From: Balanoglossus misakiensis
Taxonomy: Eukaryota; Animalia; Hemichordata
DNA length: 64,000 bases
Assembly (NCBI GenBank): GCA_040954595.2
Contig: CM082576.2
Span: forward strand, 10,729,129 to 10,793,128
Direction of reading: 5' to 3'
Shown: positions 38,501 through 53,200 of the stretch, piece after piece
How the letters are laid out: each line of letters begins with the position of its first letter
How positions within the stretch are numbered: position 1 is the stretch's first letter
The notes under the pieces: model-generated
What the model was told of the DNA's origin: nothing
What the model saw: only the letters and a program-made list of their open reading frames with translations
The model's database searches: none
Translations under genes and position numbers: made by a program

Positions 38501-40717
38501 AACCTTGGACAAGTCCAGAGGTATCTGCTTCACAATGCTCTTCGAGGTGAGGTTAAAAACCACAATGCTGCTTGCTACGTAGTTGTCCAGCTCGTCTTGA
38601 GGTAAGTGAAGCTTCTGTAAGTTTTCTGGTTTGCTAGTTGTTTTTGAAAATGCAAAATGGGGAGAGACATCATGAAAGGTAGAGAGTATGTATGGTTGGT
38701 ATTTGTCATAATGCATTAACAACAGCAAGAAATCTCCATTATTTTTACCTGTAAAACTCTGCATCAAAATAATAGCTGACAGCCAAAATCAGCTCGTCTG
38801 CTTGTCCGTCGTTATTCAAATCTGCAAGAACTGGAGTTGCCAGGATGTGGGCATCGATGCTGACATACCGCCCACTCATGATCAACCCTGACTCAGAATC
38901 GCCATGGTAACGAGACCAGAGGGGATCTTCTTGCGGGTTGGTCAGGCCATCAGGTCGCGGGTGCTGGAAAGGGAGAAGCAGGGTTGAACTGGGTTTTTCA
39001 ATTAAAGTCGAGGAACTCTCACAATCAGTGTTTCTCCAACATTTCATGACTATGTACCTACCATTAGAACTACATGAACGTACAGGGTAATGGGGTGTTT
39101 GGTTAAACAATCCATTGCCATTGGGAAAGGGGGGGGGGGGGTTAGAAACCACAGTAGATAACTTACATCAGACACATAGTGTTTCAAGATAACATCCTTG
39201 ATATTTCTGTGATTGTAGGATATTTCTTTCTTATACCAGTACCTTTCCACAGCCAGGTTTCGTACCTGCAAAAAGGAAGAGTGCACAAAGTTCTTTTTCT
39301 TTAGTTTTGAAAGTCTCTACGGTGAGATTTGTCAGTGAAACATCTTTATGTGTTCTTGGTGCCAGTTTGTCAGTGGGAAGGTATGTGACTTATGGTGAGT
39401 CGCTTGTCATTGGTGTAAAATTCCCATCTGTTTGCATACCTGTATGCCTCCAACCCCTGGTGTGGTTGTGTGTGTGTACATTTGTGGGCAAGCATATATG
39501 GAAATATGAAGTTAACTTGTGAATTGTACAATAGTGGTAGCCCTTCTTGTATGTGGCCTTTTGTGTAACTTAGAGGAGGTAGACAGGACAAGTGCATATA
39601 GAGAGACAGCCACCTATCTCTACTACTCTCCGCAGAATACTTACTTTGAGGGTTTCTCCGTACATCAGTGTTCCATGGCTTTCAAAGAAGACAATCTCTC
39701 CATTGGTTGTACACAGACAGATATCCAGCTTCCCGTCTTTGTTGTAATCGTACTGTGAATAATAATATGGACAATGAGTATTACTTGGAAATGTGATAAA
39801 AAGTAAGGACACATGTAACCTGGGTTAAAATAATTTTACTACAGTCAAATTAACCATATTATGCATCACAACTCCTTCTACACTCAATGAACATCTTTGC
39901 AGGTACCTTTTCTTGTAAGCGTATTTCTCACTCACCTGTATAGGGCTTGCATGGAAGGAACTGTCCTGTAGACTGAATGGCCAGTTACTGCCAGGGATGG
40001 GCTGACCGGTTTTTCCTTCTACCACTGTGATTTCTTCTGTGAATGTGGCTGCTATGATATCAGGGAAGCCGTCTGCATTAACGTCAGCTATGAGCGGAGT
40101 ACTGGCGAATGCACTCGTACCGACCTCTTTGGTCCAAAGTGTGTCAATGTCATAGTGACATTCTGGACTGTGGCTGGTGAAATAAAAATTTCAGTCACAA
40201 AAAGTTAATTAGCATAAACAAAAAATGTTATCTACCATAGGGCCTAAATAAAGCCCTAGGCCGGGTGTGGCATGGGTGAGTAGCCAGCAGTGCAAACCCC
40301 ACATCCCCATTTTAGACCGACTTGCTGAAAAGCCCACGCACCCAACAGCATATGCAAAGGGTGGCACACATACAAACATGGGAAGTACCCCCCCCCCCCC
40401 CACCCGAAACATTACTGATAGGAGCACAGTGGAAGCTCTCGGTTGGCTGCGATACCATAGCTCGAGCCTGTTGTGTCTGGTTGCCGTCCAATCCCAACAA
40501 ACGCCAGGCACCCGAACTACAGTAAATATTGCAGGACCGACTGTACACTGGGGCCATAGGGTCAGCTCTATTGTTCCAACACTCCTGCATCTCAGGGAGC
40601 GGACTGCTGCGCTCCGACATTATCTTACCTGTCTAACTTCGGGTTGCATGGAGGAATGAATACACAAGCGACAAAAGAGTACAAAGTAATGTACACCGGA
40701 CAATGCTGGAACAGCAT
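35545..40717 (-). CDS. DEX1-like (DEFECTIVE IN EXINE FORMATION 1) FG-GAP repeat single-pass membrane protein, about 13 exons
   Basis: Exon 1 (40717-40629) encodes a signal-peptide-like [23 protein letters not shown]. Later exons encode [73 protein letters not shown] and [12 protein letters not shown] (Ca-binding FG-GAP repeats). The last exon (35683-35545) encodes the TM helix [19 protein letters not shown] and a short tail. The layout follows recalled plant DEX1. Internal exon limits are approximate. Confidence 0.8.
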
Positions 40718-41236
40718 TCCGACGAAAAACACAACGATATTGATGCAGACGACGATCGACGAATGTTCCTCTCTGGTCGCGACCTTTCACCCCGACACTA
40801 AGGTTAACACTAGATGGCGCTGTTGAAATCAACAAACTTCCGTCAGGATAATGATTTCGTCTGATTTTGTCTGGTTGTAAAAGTAGATTTTATTACAAAA
40901 TAAGAAATGTTTGTCTATCATCATGTAGGACACTTTTTAAAGATTGCAAAAAGAACACTATTTTTTAAACAATGTGCGTTATTTTGTTTGAAATTGCTGT
41001 TCATACTACTCCGGAATCATTCGCCAAAAGATATGCCTAAACTATTCTCCAATAATTGAAAACCCTTGCAAGTCCGTCGGACATCATTTCACGTACACAC
41101 GAGAGTATTAGGTTATCGATATATCATCTTTATTATATAAAAACATTCATTTGTAAAGTAAATTCGTCAAAGTAGCAAACGCCAACGATCTTTGGCACAT
41201 GCAGTGTAATCACGATAGGGTATAGTCGTGTCTTTA

Positions 41237-44200
41237 TTACGAAATTGTAGTGTCGTGAAGTCGGCTGGGTAGCGGTAGCGAGAATTTACTGATTTCCCCG
41301 TCGACCGCCGAAGCGATGTGCCAGTCGAGATCGTCCTCCGTGGATAGCTGCCAGAATTCGTCCTGCACCACCGAATGGTTCGGATCGAACCAGACGATCT
41401 CACTGTGCTCGGCCCACTGGTGTTCCAACGTATTCGACATCTTCTCGCTGAGGGCGAGGCTCTTCTCCAGGCATTTCTGACACTTGGCCCTGTCGCGTGA
41501 CAGAATGTGGTAGAAAGCCAACAGGTGGAAGTAACGCGGCAGGAAGACCTGGAACTTCTTACACAGCCTACGGAGCAAGTCAAGAGCCTGGAGTAGGAGG
41601 AGCAAAGGAAGAAGAAGAAGAAGAAGTAAATTGATTGTTTGGCCATTTTTTAGACTAGACGTCGCTGGCCATTTTGTCAATTTACAATGTAATTACGCAC
41701 GTCCTGAAAAGGACGAAACTTTTTAGGACACTTTTTAGTCTTTTTCGATTGTAACTGGAAATTTTTGAATTATCTCACATTTCGACATAGATGATAACTT
41801 TGGAAATGAAATATCGAGTCTGTTTTCATTCGAAACATACTAGTAAGCAAAATGACGTACAAGGGAAATTTTTTAGACTTGGCATACGAGTACCAGATAA
41901 ACCGGTATAACAGTAACAGATACTTCACACACAGTAAAATGCAACCCTTGTCTTGCCATAGTTTTACCTCCCATGCTTGCTTTTTCATCTTGGTGATGTC
42001 TGCGAGAAGGCGACAAGCGTTGCTGTAGGCTATCAGCTCGGCCTCCACCAACTTGACGTGGGCGTTGACGGCCATGTACGTTTCAAAGGTATCTGGCGTC
42101 AGGGTCAGCGACGAGCTAAAGAATTGTTCCGCTTGGTCCCAGTCGTTCTTCCGAGAATACCTGGGAGGGAGGAGGGGGGAGACGTTTAAAAGAGAGGAGG
42201 GTGCGAGGTAACAAGACGTGTTTTCGTCGTATGGTTTAGTTAAAAAAAAACAATAAAAACTAACTAACTATCGAAATAACGACCACGATACAAAAGGTGT
42301 AGATAATAAACTGGATTTCGAAACTCACCACAATGCTAACGAGGCGTTCATGTAGAATCGTGGAATCGGATTCATGACATGCCATGAATCAGCGGCTGCT
42401 TTGGTGACAAACTCAACGCATTTGTTGTGAGATTCCAGAGCAAACCCTGCATACCAAATAGAAACACATGGATCGACGTTCATGGTGAAAAAAATCGAAA
42501 ACTGAGAATAAAAACATGAAAGTTGAATAGTACAGTTGGAAAAAAACTTGAACTATCTCAGCGCTCCCTTCCGATTTCCTATACTTTGCCAACCCGCAAA
42601 AACGGTGTTGTTTTTGATAAAATCTGACTGTAACCCAAGTGCATTACCTAGTTCAAGTAGAAGATCGAGGCAACAGCAGAAATACCATCCACGTCCTTCG
42701 ATGTCCTCCTCTTCATCGCTGATGTAATCTAACTGTTCCAAGACTTCGACGCACGGAACGGACCTACGAAATGAAAAATTAACACCATATTATGGTAGTA
42801 CGCCGAATGGTTACGATATCAGGACAGTATAGACAAAAAATCCTGCCTACCTGCAGGCCCTATACAGAGGGTAATGTTAGAGGAAACACACGGTTTTTTT
42901 TTTGTTATTTTGGCCCTATACCCCTGCATGGTCATATACCACCCAGCCGTTAAGATTAGAGCTAGGGGTAGTAAGTGTCCGGTGGGCATTATACCAAGGA
43001 CATACCCATCCAAGAACAGTTATTACTACAATCACACAAAACTTCCGCAACCAAATATGGTCATTTCTTTCAAATAAAACAAAGGCGCTATCCTTTTTTG
43101 CCCATCGTATTGTCACACAGCCCCACAAATTCTAAACAAAAAATTATTTAAATCTACTACAAAAAAGTCGTGTGGTTTACCTGTTGCCCAACATTAGAGC
43201 TGCAGATAATGTAGGGAGAACGCTGAGTTTCAGACTGTTGTCATGGAGTTGCTCGGCAACCTTCAAAGATTGGAAACCTGAAGGGAACGAAATAAAGTTC
43301 ACAACAGACATTACTTATCAGTGGTACGAAATTCCTACCACGGAGACAAACAAACGAGAAATACTTTACTCGTCATGGTAGTATAAGTTGAAATGTACCT
43401 GAATCGATGGCCTTTTGTATTCGTCCGGAGGATAAGCGAACTCCCATGACAACGGAATACAGATGTCCGACTGTGACGAGATCGTCTGGGCTGAATCCTG
43501 TCACTTCCACGCACCTGGTATTTAAACAAAAGGTTCATATGATGACATATGTATACATATAAATGTAAAACGATATCTTTTGGCAGAAAAGTGAAAGCAA
43601 TATACTAGTATGCATCGGCCACGGCTGAAAAAATGCCACGCCACTGAGGTTTTCCATCAAATCAGCACTTGAGCAATCCTTGCGAAGAGCTATGTGTGTG
43701 ACGACACAACGCACGGCCGGCGTCATATGTATTTAGTTCTACTAACTCCTTCCGATACTTACCTAGCTAATGCCATTTCTTCGTAAACTTGGACCTTCTT
43801 GTGCCAACCGTGAATTTGACAGGATTCTACCACCGCCATGTATGCAACCAACAACTGTAAGAAAAGAGGCGGGAGAAAATCTAACTTTATGGTGTAATAT
43901 ATTCCAGAAATATAGCGCACGCATTTGTTCACTTTGTCAGAGTTCGATCACATGGCAGGTTATGCTTTACACCGTCACATTGTAGGACAGTCACTGACTG
44001 GAAGTCACAAATGAAGTTGATATGGTGTTACTTACGTCATGCAGATCGTCGTCTGCTTTCTCGGCCCGGTTGACTTGCTGCAATGCCGCCAGCCATGCCT
44101 TCATGTCCTTGTGAGTCTCGTGGTACACGTGCCATACATGCGACAAACAGCGGGCTTGTTCTACGAATAAGTTACAATCGATACTCCTGTAGGGTAGAAG

Positions 44201-47200
44201 TAAATTAAATAGGCTTGTTAAATGAATTTTACAGAAATTAATAGCATTCTGCGTTATAATATTATGAATTTGTGACAGATGGCATTCAAATGCGTCTCTG
44301 GAAGTGAAAAGGCTTGATCGAGCTAAAATGACAGACATTCACGGTTTACTTACGACGCATGTCCAACATATTTGCCAGGATTCTTCAGGTGAAGATACTG
44401 GGTCACGCTTTCTATGACGAGGCGGTAGAAAAAGCCGGGTCGAGTTGTTGGCTGCTTGTTCCCGAGTGACTTCAGCGCATCAAGCAGATGGGGCATGGCC
44501 TCCTCTAAACGACCCATGTGCAACAATGCCTGCGAAAAGATGATGGACAAAATATGTGTCACCAAATCGTTGTGTCGTATGCTAACACGTTTAAGGTTTC
44601 TAACCATTTGCGACTTTATGTCTACAGGATTATCAACAGCATGGCGCCTTTACCTGACCGATGAGGCTGTCCACCCGAGCTTTCTCTTCTAAGTCAATCT
44701 CGATTCGATCATCCGGGTCATCAATCAGGGGTTTCTTGCCGGCGTCCAGGTCCTTCAACATCTGATGGGCTTCCATTAGGTACGAAACGCCCTGTAGGTA
44801 TAGAACACAGAATCATGCCGTGTGACAAGATCGACAACTTGCTGTGTTTGAATCAAGCATATTGCTTCATAATTATCCCATTATCATGGAATGAAGTCCA
44901 CACACAGAACCTAGGCGACATTCCCACTTCTAAAATCGTGGTTCAATAACTGGTTCAATAACTTGTGGCGTGCAGTTTGGCACGTTTTGAGGAATGTATA
45001 GTATGGCATTTGAGTACTCGGGACTTTGCAGAAGTCGGCCTAAGGTCAGGCTTTGGACATTATTGTACAATCTACGGTCACTATGTGGAGTGACCGTGTA
45101 TAATCATTATTACCCTTACCGTCATGTTATTATGTGTGGCGATGGCTGCGCCCCCGGCTTCCGTCAAGAAATGAATGGTGCGGTTCGTATTGCTGGCCGC
45201 CCTCCAGTGCCTCACCAACTGAGGATAGACCGATGCTAACACTTGAGGGCACTCGCAGTCTCGTAAGTCTATTTCTCGGAATGTTACCTCCTCATCCAAA
45301 ACATCGGCGCCCACTTCACCCATGAGTTTCTCACTGAAACAAAGACGCATAAGATTAAGAGAGTTAGAGGCTTTGGACTTTAAACAAGAATATTGAGCTG
45401 CATTACACGAATATTGACAAAAATAACGGGGATTAAACCATTCCGGAAACTACTTGGTAGAGTTTATGTTGTTTAAATGGGACAAAGTTCGGGGTAAACG
45501 ACTCAACCGGCAAAAGACCAATTTTGTTCAAATGGAGGAAACAGTCTCTCACCTCAATCGACTGACCATAGAGCCTCGTCTTCGGCTTTGTGCCCTGGCT
45601 TGATATTCCATCATCTCTTCGTCTCCAACTTTGCTTTTACGTTGAAAGACTTTCTTGATTCCGTCAAAAATGGTTCCCCGGCGCGTCGGCGCTTCCGCTA
45701 TTTCGTCTGCCAAAGAAAGAAAACATCACATTTATCCGTGTTTGCATTACAATACGCCCCTATTTCCAAGACAATTATGGCAATGAACTTGGAGTGTAGG
45801 CCCTTTGATATGCGAAAGCTGCCATTTTGTATTTCTGCAGCAATTTTAGTCATTTTTTGGTCAAATAACCTTCTCAGAAACTGTTCTTTGGTTTGAAAAG
45901 TTCAATTTCGAGTATAAAATATGAAACTGCTGCGCAGTGGTTTTTCCAGTAACTACTGAAGAAAACAAATGTCATGACTCGCGCACCTAAACTTTCGTCG
46001 AAACTGTCTATTGTTCTCCGTCTCTCCTTCCGAAAAGTGCGTTCCGCCGGTCGCTTTCTTGCCGCCATCGACTGCGCCCGTCGGGATCCGCCTCCGCTAT
46101 TTTCGCTGCCGCCGCCGAAACTCTTGCGAGGCTCGTTGCCGGCGGCGGGCAGGGCGTGCGACACGGACTGGTAGTGGTGTATGAACTCGCCACCTCCGCA
46201 CGATTTGCATTTGTGCGCCTGGGACTCCAGAAAGAGGGCGGCCATCTCGTGCAGCTTCCTCCGCTGGTCGCTTAGGAACAGCGTGTAGGCAACCTCCTGC
46301 ACCAGAGAAGTCTTGAAGCGCAACATCCTGCAGTTGGAGATGTTGGTGCGGACCTGGACAGCGGCGTTCTCCGTGTCTCGGGGACAGTGGCACTCCACTT
46401 GGGCCGCCAGGCGCTGGTGGCCATGGTGACTGACGCTGCTGTGACGCGGACCAAAACCCGACTGATGGTGCGGGGCGCCGGTGTGTTTGGCGGCGCACTC
46501 AAACAGCCGCTGTTGCATCAGGGAGTGGATGCCCATCCGGATCTTCCTGCTGTTGAAGTTTGGCACGATTTTCTCTAGGAGCGAACGAGTGAACGAGATG
46601 CCGAGCACGGCTGCGCACTTCAGGACCATCTGGTCACCTGACTTGAGGCGATCTATCTTGGCCAATATCATTCCTGAAAAAGGGTATTTGAAATAATAAG
46701 AGAAATGGAACTGTTTTTGGACAAACCGAAAAATAGTTGGAATTAAGGTTAATATGCACAATTTTCCCGTAATCGATAAATCCATTAATTCATGTCCGTT
46801 TACGATTGGGAAGGGGGCAGTTGTTATAGCATTACTTTCCTAAGCTACACTGGTTTAATATTTTTGGCCACTTTACAATAATCACAAACTAACTAATGGT
46901 ATAAGATATGTTACATGTGCCTTTGGCACACAAGCTACACCTTGACAACAAGCTAGTGGTTTTTTTTTACCTTTCATTGAATCCGGAACCGGTATTTCAT
47001 TTAACTTCACCCCGGGGGCGACTACACAGAATTTCTTTTCGATGCTGTCTTCGTCAAAGTGGTCTTCTTCCTCCGCCCTCTCGGCGTCATTCTCTGACGA
47101 CGGTGCGCCGTTCTCTCCGATCGGCATCACCGGAATTGGAACCTGCGAAACAGGACGTGGACACGTTGAAAATGTAGTCTGGTACGCCCTGGCCCATCAG

Positions 47201-50200
47201 TTCTGCACAACGAATTTCAACGTGATAGGACTGGACTGGCGAGGGAGATTCAAACAACAAGTGTTACAGTATAGTAGTTTTACCTGACGATCACTGGTAA
47301 CACTACCTCGCCTGCTGTTTGGCACGACCGTCGACACATCGCTGGAGACGCTGGCCCGGCGCGCCCTCGTCACAGTACGGCTCTCGGGCGCCACGTGATT
47401 GCTGACCATCTGGACCGTATTATCCAAATCATTTTGTGCCACTATTTGTATCTTTTGGGAGAAGAACATGTCGCGTAGCAGTTGCTCGCACCACGACGCC
47501 ACTCCGTGGCTACGTTCTCTCAAAATTCTGTAAAAACAACATAGCGGTTGTAATTATCGACACAAGCTCTCTTCTGGGAAATCATGAATAAGATTGGTCG
47601 AGTGCAATGTGTACAGACAACCCTCTGCTTCTCACCTTCCGCAGTTTCAATGATAAACGTGTTTTATGCGTTTGTGTATATTGGCTTATTATACCCTAGC
47701 CTATAAGTTATCTGCATGCATGATGTCAAAAAATCTTTCATTTCAAATTCACAAATTTCTGTCAGTAAAAACTAGTGTATTTTGTGTATCGTCTTTGGCA
47801 GGTTTACTCACTTCAAAAGTTCCTCAGGAATACTGACCACCTCCAGTATCTGACAGGCCAGTGGCGCAAGTTGTTCCTGCGGCAAACCCGACAACTTCAG
47901 GTGCAGAGTACTGCTGCTCTGAAGGACTTTGGCCGCGGAGGGACACGAAGGTTTACTGGGAGGAAACGGCCTCATTGCCAGCAGGCATACGGCGGAAGAA
48001 TCCTCCGACAGATCGGTGATGAATTCCCACGAATCCTTGTCAATGAAGTGGGCATCGTCCACGGCGAAGATGACGCATTTTTCGATCGTGAACTACGGTG
48101 GTGTAACGAAAAAAAAACGTTATAAGCTGTTGCTTGCTATACACACATACTATATGGAGGAAATATTTTCCTTTTTCAAATCATACACACAAGACGTCCG
48201 AAAAGTTTACTGACTTGAGTTTCAAAAAACAAACTTGAAGGCGTCCAACTTGAAGGACGCACCCCCCTCAATTTTTACGAACTCACCTGGTGCACTATAG
48301 CTACCATTAATCGATGCAGAGCTTCTGCGCGGTCAGCGCTCGACATCTGTGTTATTTTCGGTCCGCTTGGAAACTATGGCGGGCAAAACAAAAGTAACAG
48401 TGATATAACTATTATAAGTAAAAGAAGCCAGAATTTCAGCTAATATGGAATTTTAGTATAATATATAAAAAATTGTATTATAAATGCTCAAGTTAAATTG
48501 GCGCCCGATTTGTGGTTACCTTTAAACTCAGGAGATCGTTGAGAAGGGAAAGCTCTTCGCGGAGATTTTCCTCCACGATGTGATCCAACACGGCGTGCTC
48601 ACGTTCAACGTGATTGGCACAGTTGTCCATTTCAAGCAGCAGTTCGATCAGGGTGGTGACGGCGTGATATGGCGTACCGGCGTCGTTCAGTGTCAGGTTA
48701 CATGACACCACCCTGCAATGGATACACCAGAAAATAGATTGAAACACCAAAAGCAAGTGCATCATTTGTCACGTGAGATACTAATATGTGGGCAGACAGA
48801 TAGCTATGATGGGTCCACATCACTCCCACTTGCATTTTCTGACGCCCTTCTGTCATTTATGGCTGATTTTTGTTTTCGCGATATTTGTATACCATTTAGT
48901 CGCTAACAGATAGACAAACATACAGGCAGAAGCTACAGGGCAAAGGTAAGAAGCACACTCTTAACAAAACTGGAAACTAAATTAGATGCAATTTTTTTTG
49001 GCACTAACAGACAGATCCCCCATCAGACAAACAAAAAGATGTTCCTAAAAAGCACACAGACAGATGCGACTACATATATTCGCTTACCGTATTCCCTCCC
49101 CCATTGCCTCTTTGATGCAAGCCTCCAACATCCGGGTCTTACCAATGCCGGAGTCACCTTCGAAGACTATGACGCGTCGATGTTCGCCTTTCTCCCTGTG
49201 CTCCGAAATCAAGTGTAATTCATCCAGAAACGCTTGCAGCTCCGAGTCTCTCCCTGAAGAATGAAATCCATTGCGCATGAGTACAGAGTGCTTGTTCATG
49301 ACAATTGCACAGAAATGTTGTGAGAGTAAAACAATTAACCTAGGCCTATATCATGTATTATCGTTCTTGTGGGTCACGTTTCCACCCTTACAAGCAAAGC
49401 ATGAGTGTAAACGGTACTGGCTGTATTGTGTATAGGAATTTACACATTATTCAAGAAAGACAACACCCATGTACCTACCTAATAACGGATATTCGTTTTC
49501 GGGTGCGACTATTCCATCTTTTGAGGAAGTCCTACGGTCAGGCACCAGGAAAAAAGAACACAACATTTTGACAAAAACACGGATGGAGAACGCTATCGAC
49601 ATATAAAAGTTACCAGGTCTTCCCAAATCCATATTTATAACTCCAAGGGGAGAAACTCTCCAGTTTCTTAACAAGTAGACACTAAAACCATTGTTTTTCT
49701 TGTTGTGCCGCAAGATTCAAGCACAGTAGAAAAGAATATCAAGATAACACTGCGGGGAAAAAAGAATTTACTGTTGCCATGATACCGTTCATCCATCGCC
49801 ATCTCGATTACCTACTTTAATACTTCCACGTATTCGTGTATGATGCCCGGGTTCTTCACTCCCTTCATTTCGCGATATGGGAGTTCGTGGAATAGATACC
49901 GGGGTAGCTTGGAATGGTGGTACGTCTCCGGGTCACACGACAGTTTCCCAGGGTAGTGCATCATCAGGCGGGCCGCCATGTTGACTTTGTTGCCAATGAC
50001 TATGAGTGAGCGCAAGAACGAAATGTATCACTTCACATGAAACTCACGAGCTATAATCCGAGTAGAACCCGCCCCAAACCAAACCAAAATCCATGCGCCG
50101 TGACGTTCATTTATTTGAGAAGCCGTTGAAAAACAAAGAAAACCAAAGAACGCACATACCCTGGGATATTTAAATTTCATTTTCTTTCGAATTACGTCAT

Positions 50201-53200
50201 CTTATTATCTGACAATGGATTAGTTTGCGGCCGACCGTCTTGTGGTCATAAGCAGGTGTATGATAGGTTTGTATGTAAATATCGCAAAGCTTCGATTTAG
50301 CCTTCAACTCACCTGTGTACTCGTGTCGATATGTGTGACCCACGACGCCGCAGAAAGTCTTACCCGTGGTGACTCCGATAGACACTTGCCTTGGGATAAA
50401 AGAAGGCAAGACGAAATGAATTTTCAAATAATACACATGGTATGTACTTCTGCCCGGATCACTCATAATAAGTTGTTTCAAGCATTGCAAATAAACATAC
50501 TATTTAAGGCCATTACGAGGGCCAAAATTAACCCACGTCATAATTCAATGCCGAAAATTAATCAGTCAATGGTTTGATGTAACTTACAGAATTGACGGAG
50601 TGGACTTCAATTTGTCGTGCATCTTAAAGGAACACTGCAGAGCATGCGCACAGTCGTCTTCGTGTTTGTCACCGGGAAGTCCGAAAATTGCTAAGAACGT
50701 ACAACCTTTGTCAAACATGAATATTTTATTGAGGCACCCTATTGAAAGACAGGGACAGAAAAGAAAACGGTCAGTACCTGGCGGACTGGGCAGAGCCTCG
50801 GAAAAATTCAAATTGTATAACTATGGGCAAATCTCAATTTGTAACAAATGTAATACTATGTAAGGAGTACTTTACCATGAAACCGCTTCAGTTCGGTGTG
50901 GATGATGCCAAACGCGGTCTGGAGAATATCGGCCTCGTTACTCTTGGAAACCTCGGCCAAGGTCATGTTCACAAAGATAATCGTCACCTGTCTCATTTCA
51001 GACAGGTATTCTAGAGGCAAGCCATCGTCAATCTAAAAAACAACGAAGGCACAGATAAAAACAAACGAGTGTAGATACAGAAAGTTGGACTGCACGTCAT
51101 GTCCACAACGACGCGAAAGTAAAATGGGTATATTTGGAGCGATGGAAATATTTGCATTAAGTCAAAAAAAGAGAATAGAAACAAATAATCAGGTTTAGAA
51201 TCATTCTTTTACCTTTTGCAAGACAGTTCTCATCACGTATAAACGCAATCTCTTTTCTTCGTCGAAAGTTGGCGTCGTAAAAACCTCCAATCGTTCTGTG
51301 TGAACAGAAACAACACAACTCTTGTAATAATTATTTTAGAAAAAATACATGAACATGAGAAAATTTATATGAATTTAACATTATGATGAAAACATGCTCC
51401 GTTTAAAGACACGTGAAAGATGGCATTATTATCACATCATACAATACATGTATTTGAATAATAAAACCTACTGGTTAGTTGCTCGATCTCCTCCTCTTCC
51501 TCATCTTCTTCGGGCAAGGATTCCTCCTTCAGCGTACTCTGTGTGTTGATGATCGCCCCGACGTCGATCTGCCCTGGAACTACTGTTGACAACCTGCGAA
51601 CTGCATTGGAGGAAAAAAAGGAGTCGATTGAAAGCACAACCAATAGCTTGAAGTGTCGCCAGTCAAGCTTTCACTCGGTCGACTGGTTTTTGCGAAATGC
51701 AATCTCCTTAAAATTTGTTGGTACGCCAGGCTGTAATCGAGTTCTGTCGGACCTCATTGGCGAGGCGAAGACTGAACAGTAAAAACTGGACTGAAAAAAT
51801 GAGATCTTTTAAATTTATCAATATTAGTGGAAAGCAACTCATCATTTTGACGAAAGCGAACCAGTTTTAGCTCAATGCCTCTCTAGTCAACTTGTACGGT
51901 GTACAAAAAAAATCACTTGCCAAACGACTGCAATCCTTGCTTTTGACTTTTGTTATCTCGGTTCAAATCAGTGCTGTGTTTCTGCTGTCGTCTGCGTCCT
52001 TGGTTTGATGACGTCGGTTGCGTTTCGCCGTCAATTCTGTGTGACAACACCTGCCAAGAAGATTGAGAGAGAGAAAAAAGATCAACATCAATAAAAAAGT
52101 AACGGTGGTTTTCTATCCCTGCTCCCAGGTATATACGGGTGTCTCAAAACACATTGTGCGACAAGAAAGTGCTAGTCGCACTTTGAGGGAAATGCTATCT
52201 GCGACCACTAGCACTTTGATTCTGCGACCACTAGCACTTTGATTCTGCGACCACTAGCACTTTGATTCTGCGACCACTAGCACTTTGATTCTGCGACCAC
52301 TGGTACTTGCATTGTGCGCTGTGATCATTTGCGACCAACAAGCTTGAATAAAAACCAGTTTCAAAAAGCACAGTCGGCACAAAGGGGTTTTGAAAGTATC
52401 GCGACATTCAACTTTCTTTCAAGATGATAACTTGATATGTTGTACTCGTGTCATGTACAAAATACACGATCCACGTAATTTCCGTTTGGTTAAATACTGA
52501 CCTTTCATTTCTACTAGATCATATCCAAGTCTGATTTTACACCGACTTTAATAAGAACTCTGGTTTGTCGATTTTTGTAGCTGAGTAAAACTAGCTATTA
52601 AACGAGCGCGAAATGCGCATTTGCGATGCGATGACAACACAATCGCCATTTTTGAATGACCTGACCTTTGACATCGTAGAATATGGTCAAGGTCGCGCTG
52701 CACTCATCAGATGAATCGCTCGATGAATCTGACTACTTGCTTCCGTGATCGGTATACTTGCCTTTAGCGGTTTTATGTCTAAATAAAGGTAATATTTTTA
52801 TGTTGAAAAACGACTGTGTGTATTTCTGTAGCATGAGTGCAGTTAAGTGTTGTGCGCGCCCACATGAACCCGTGACCTTTGCGTGTTAAAAATAGGACTT
52901 CAAGATGCCGATACGATCGAGTACAGTACTTACGTTAATAAACTTTTTCCTTTATTCTGTCTATATAAATAATGTTTTATCAACGTTTTCTCATTGCATT
53001 GATGTTTTAGTCTGAGAGCAATACGCAGCTAGTTTTTTCATGTACAGTTGTGGTTGCATGTTTGTACAAACAGTACGGAAAGGCGACGCAACGGCCGGGG
53101 CATTTGCTTTGTTAACTCGATCAATGACTGCCGCACTTATCAACGTGACGAACTTGGGATCGGCCGGGAAAGCATCGGGCATTGACGTTGCCTTGTCGAA

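Noticed and set aside
51675-51771. Possible extra ADCY10 exon
   Set aside because: It has a good acceptor and a short open frame, but the frame hits TGA and the nearby donor is in an incompatible phase.
52199-52313. 23-bp direct repeats, superficially CRISPR-like
   Set aside because: The units are contiguous with no spacers, are mirrored at 53279-53370 as part of a TIR, and lie in a eukaryotic intron with no cas genes.
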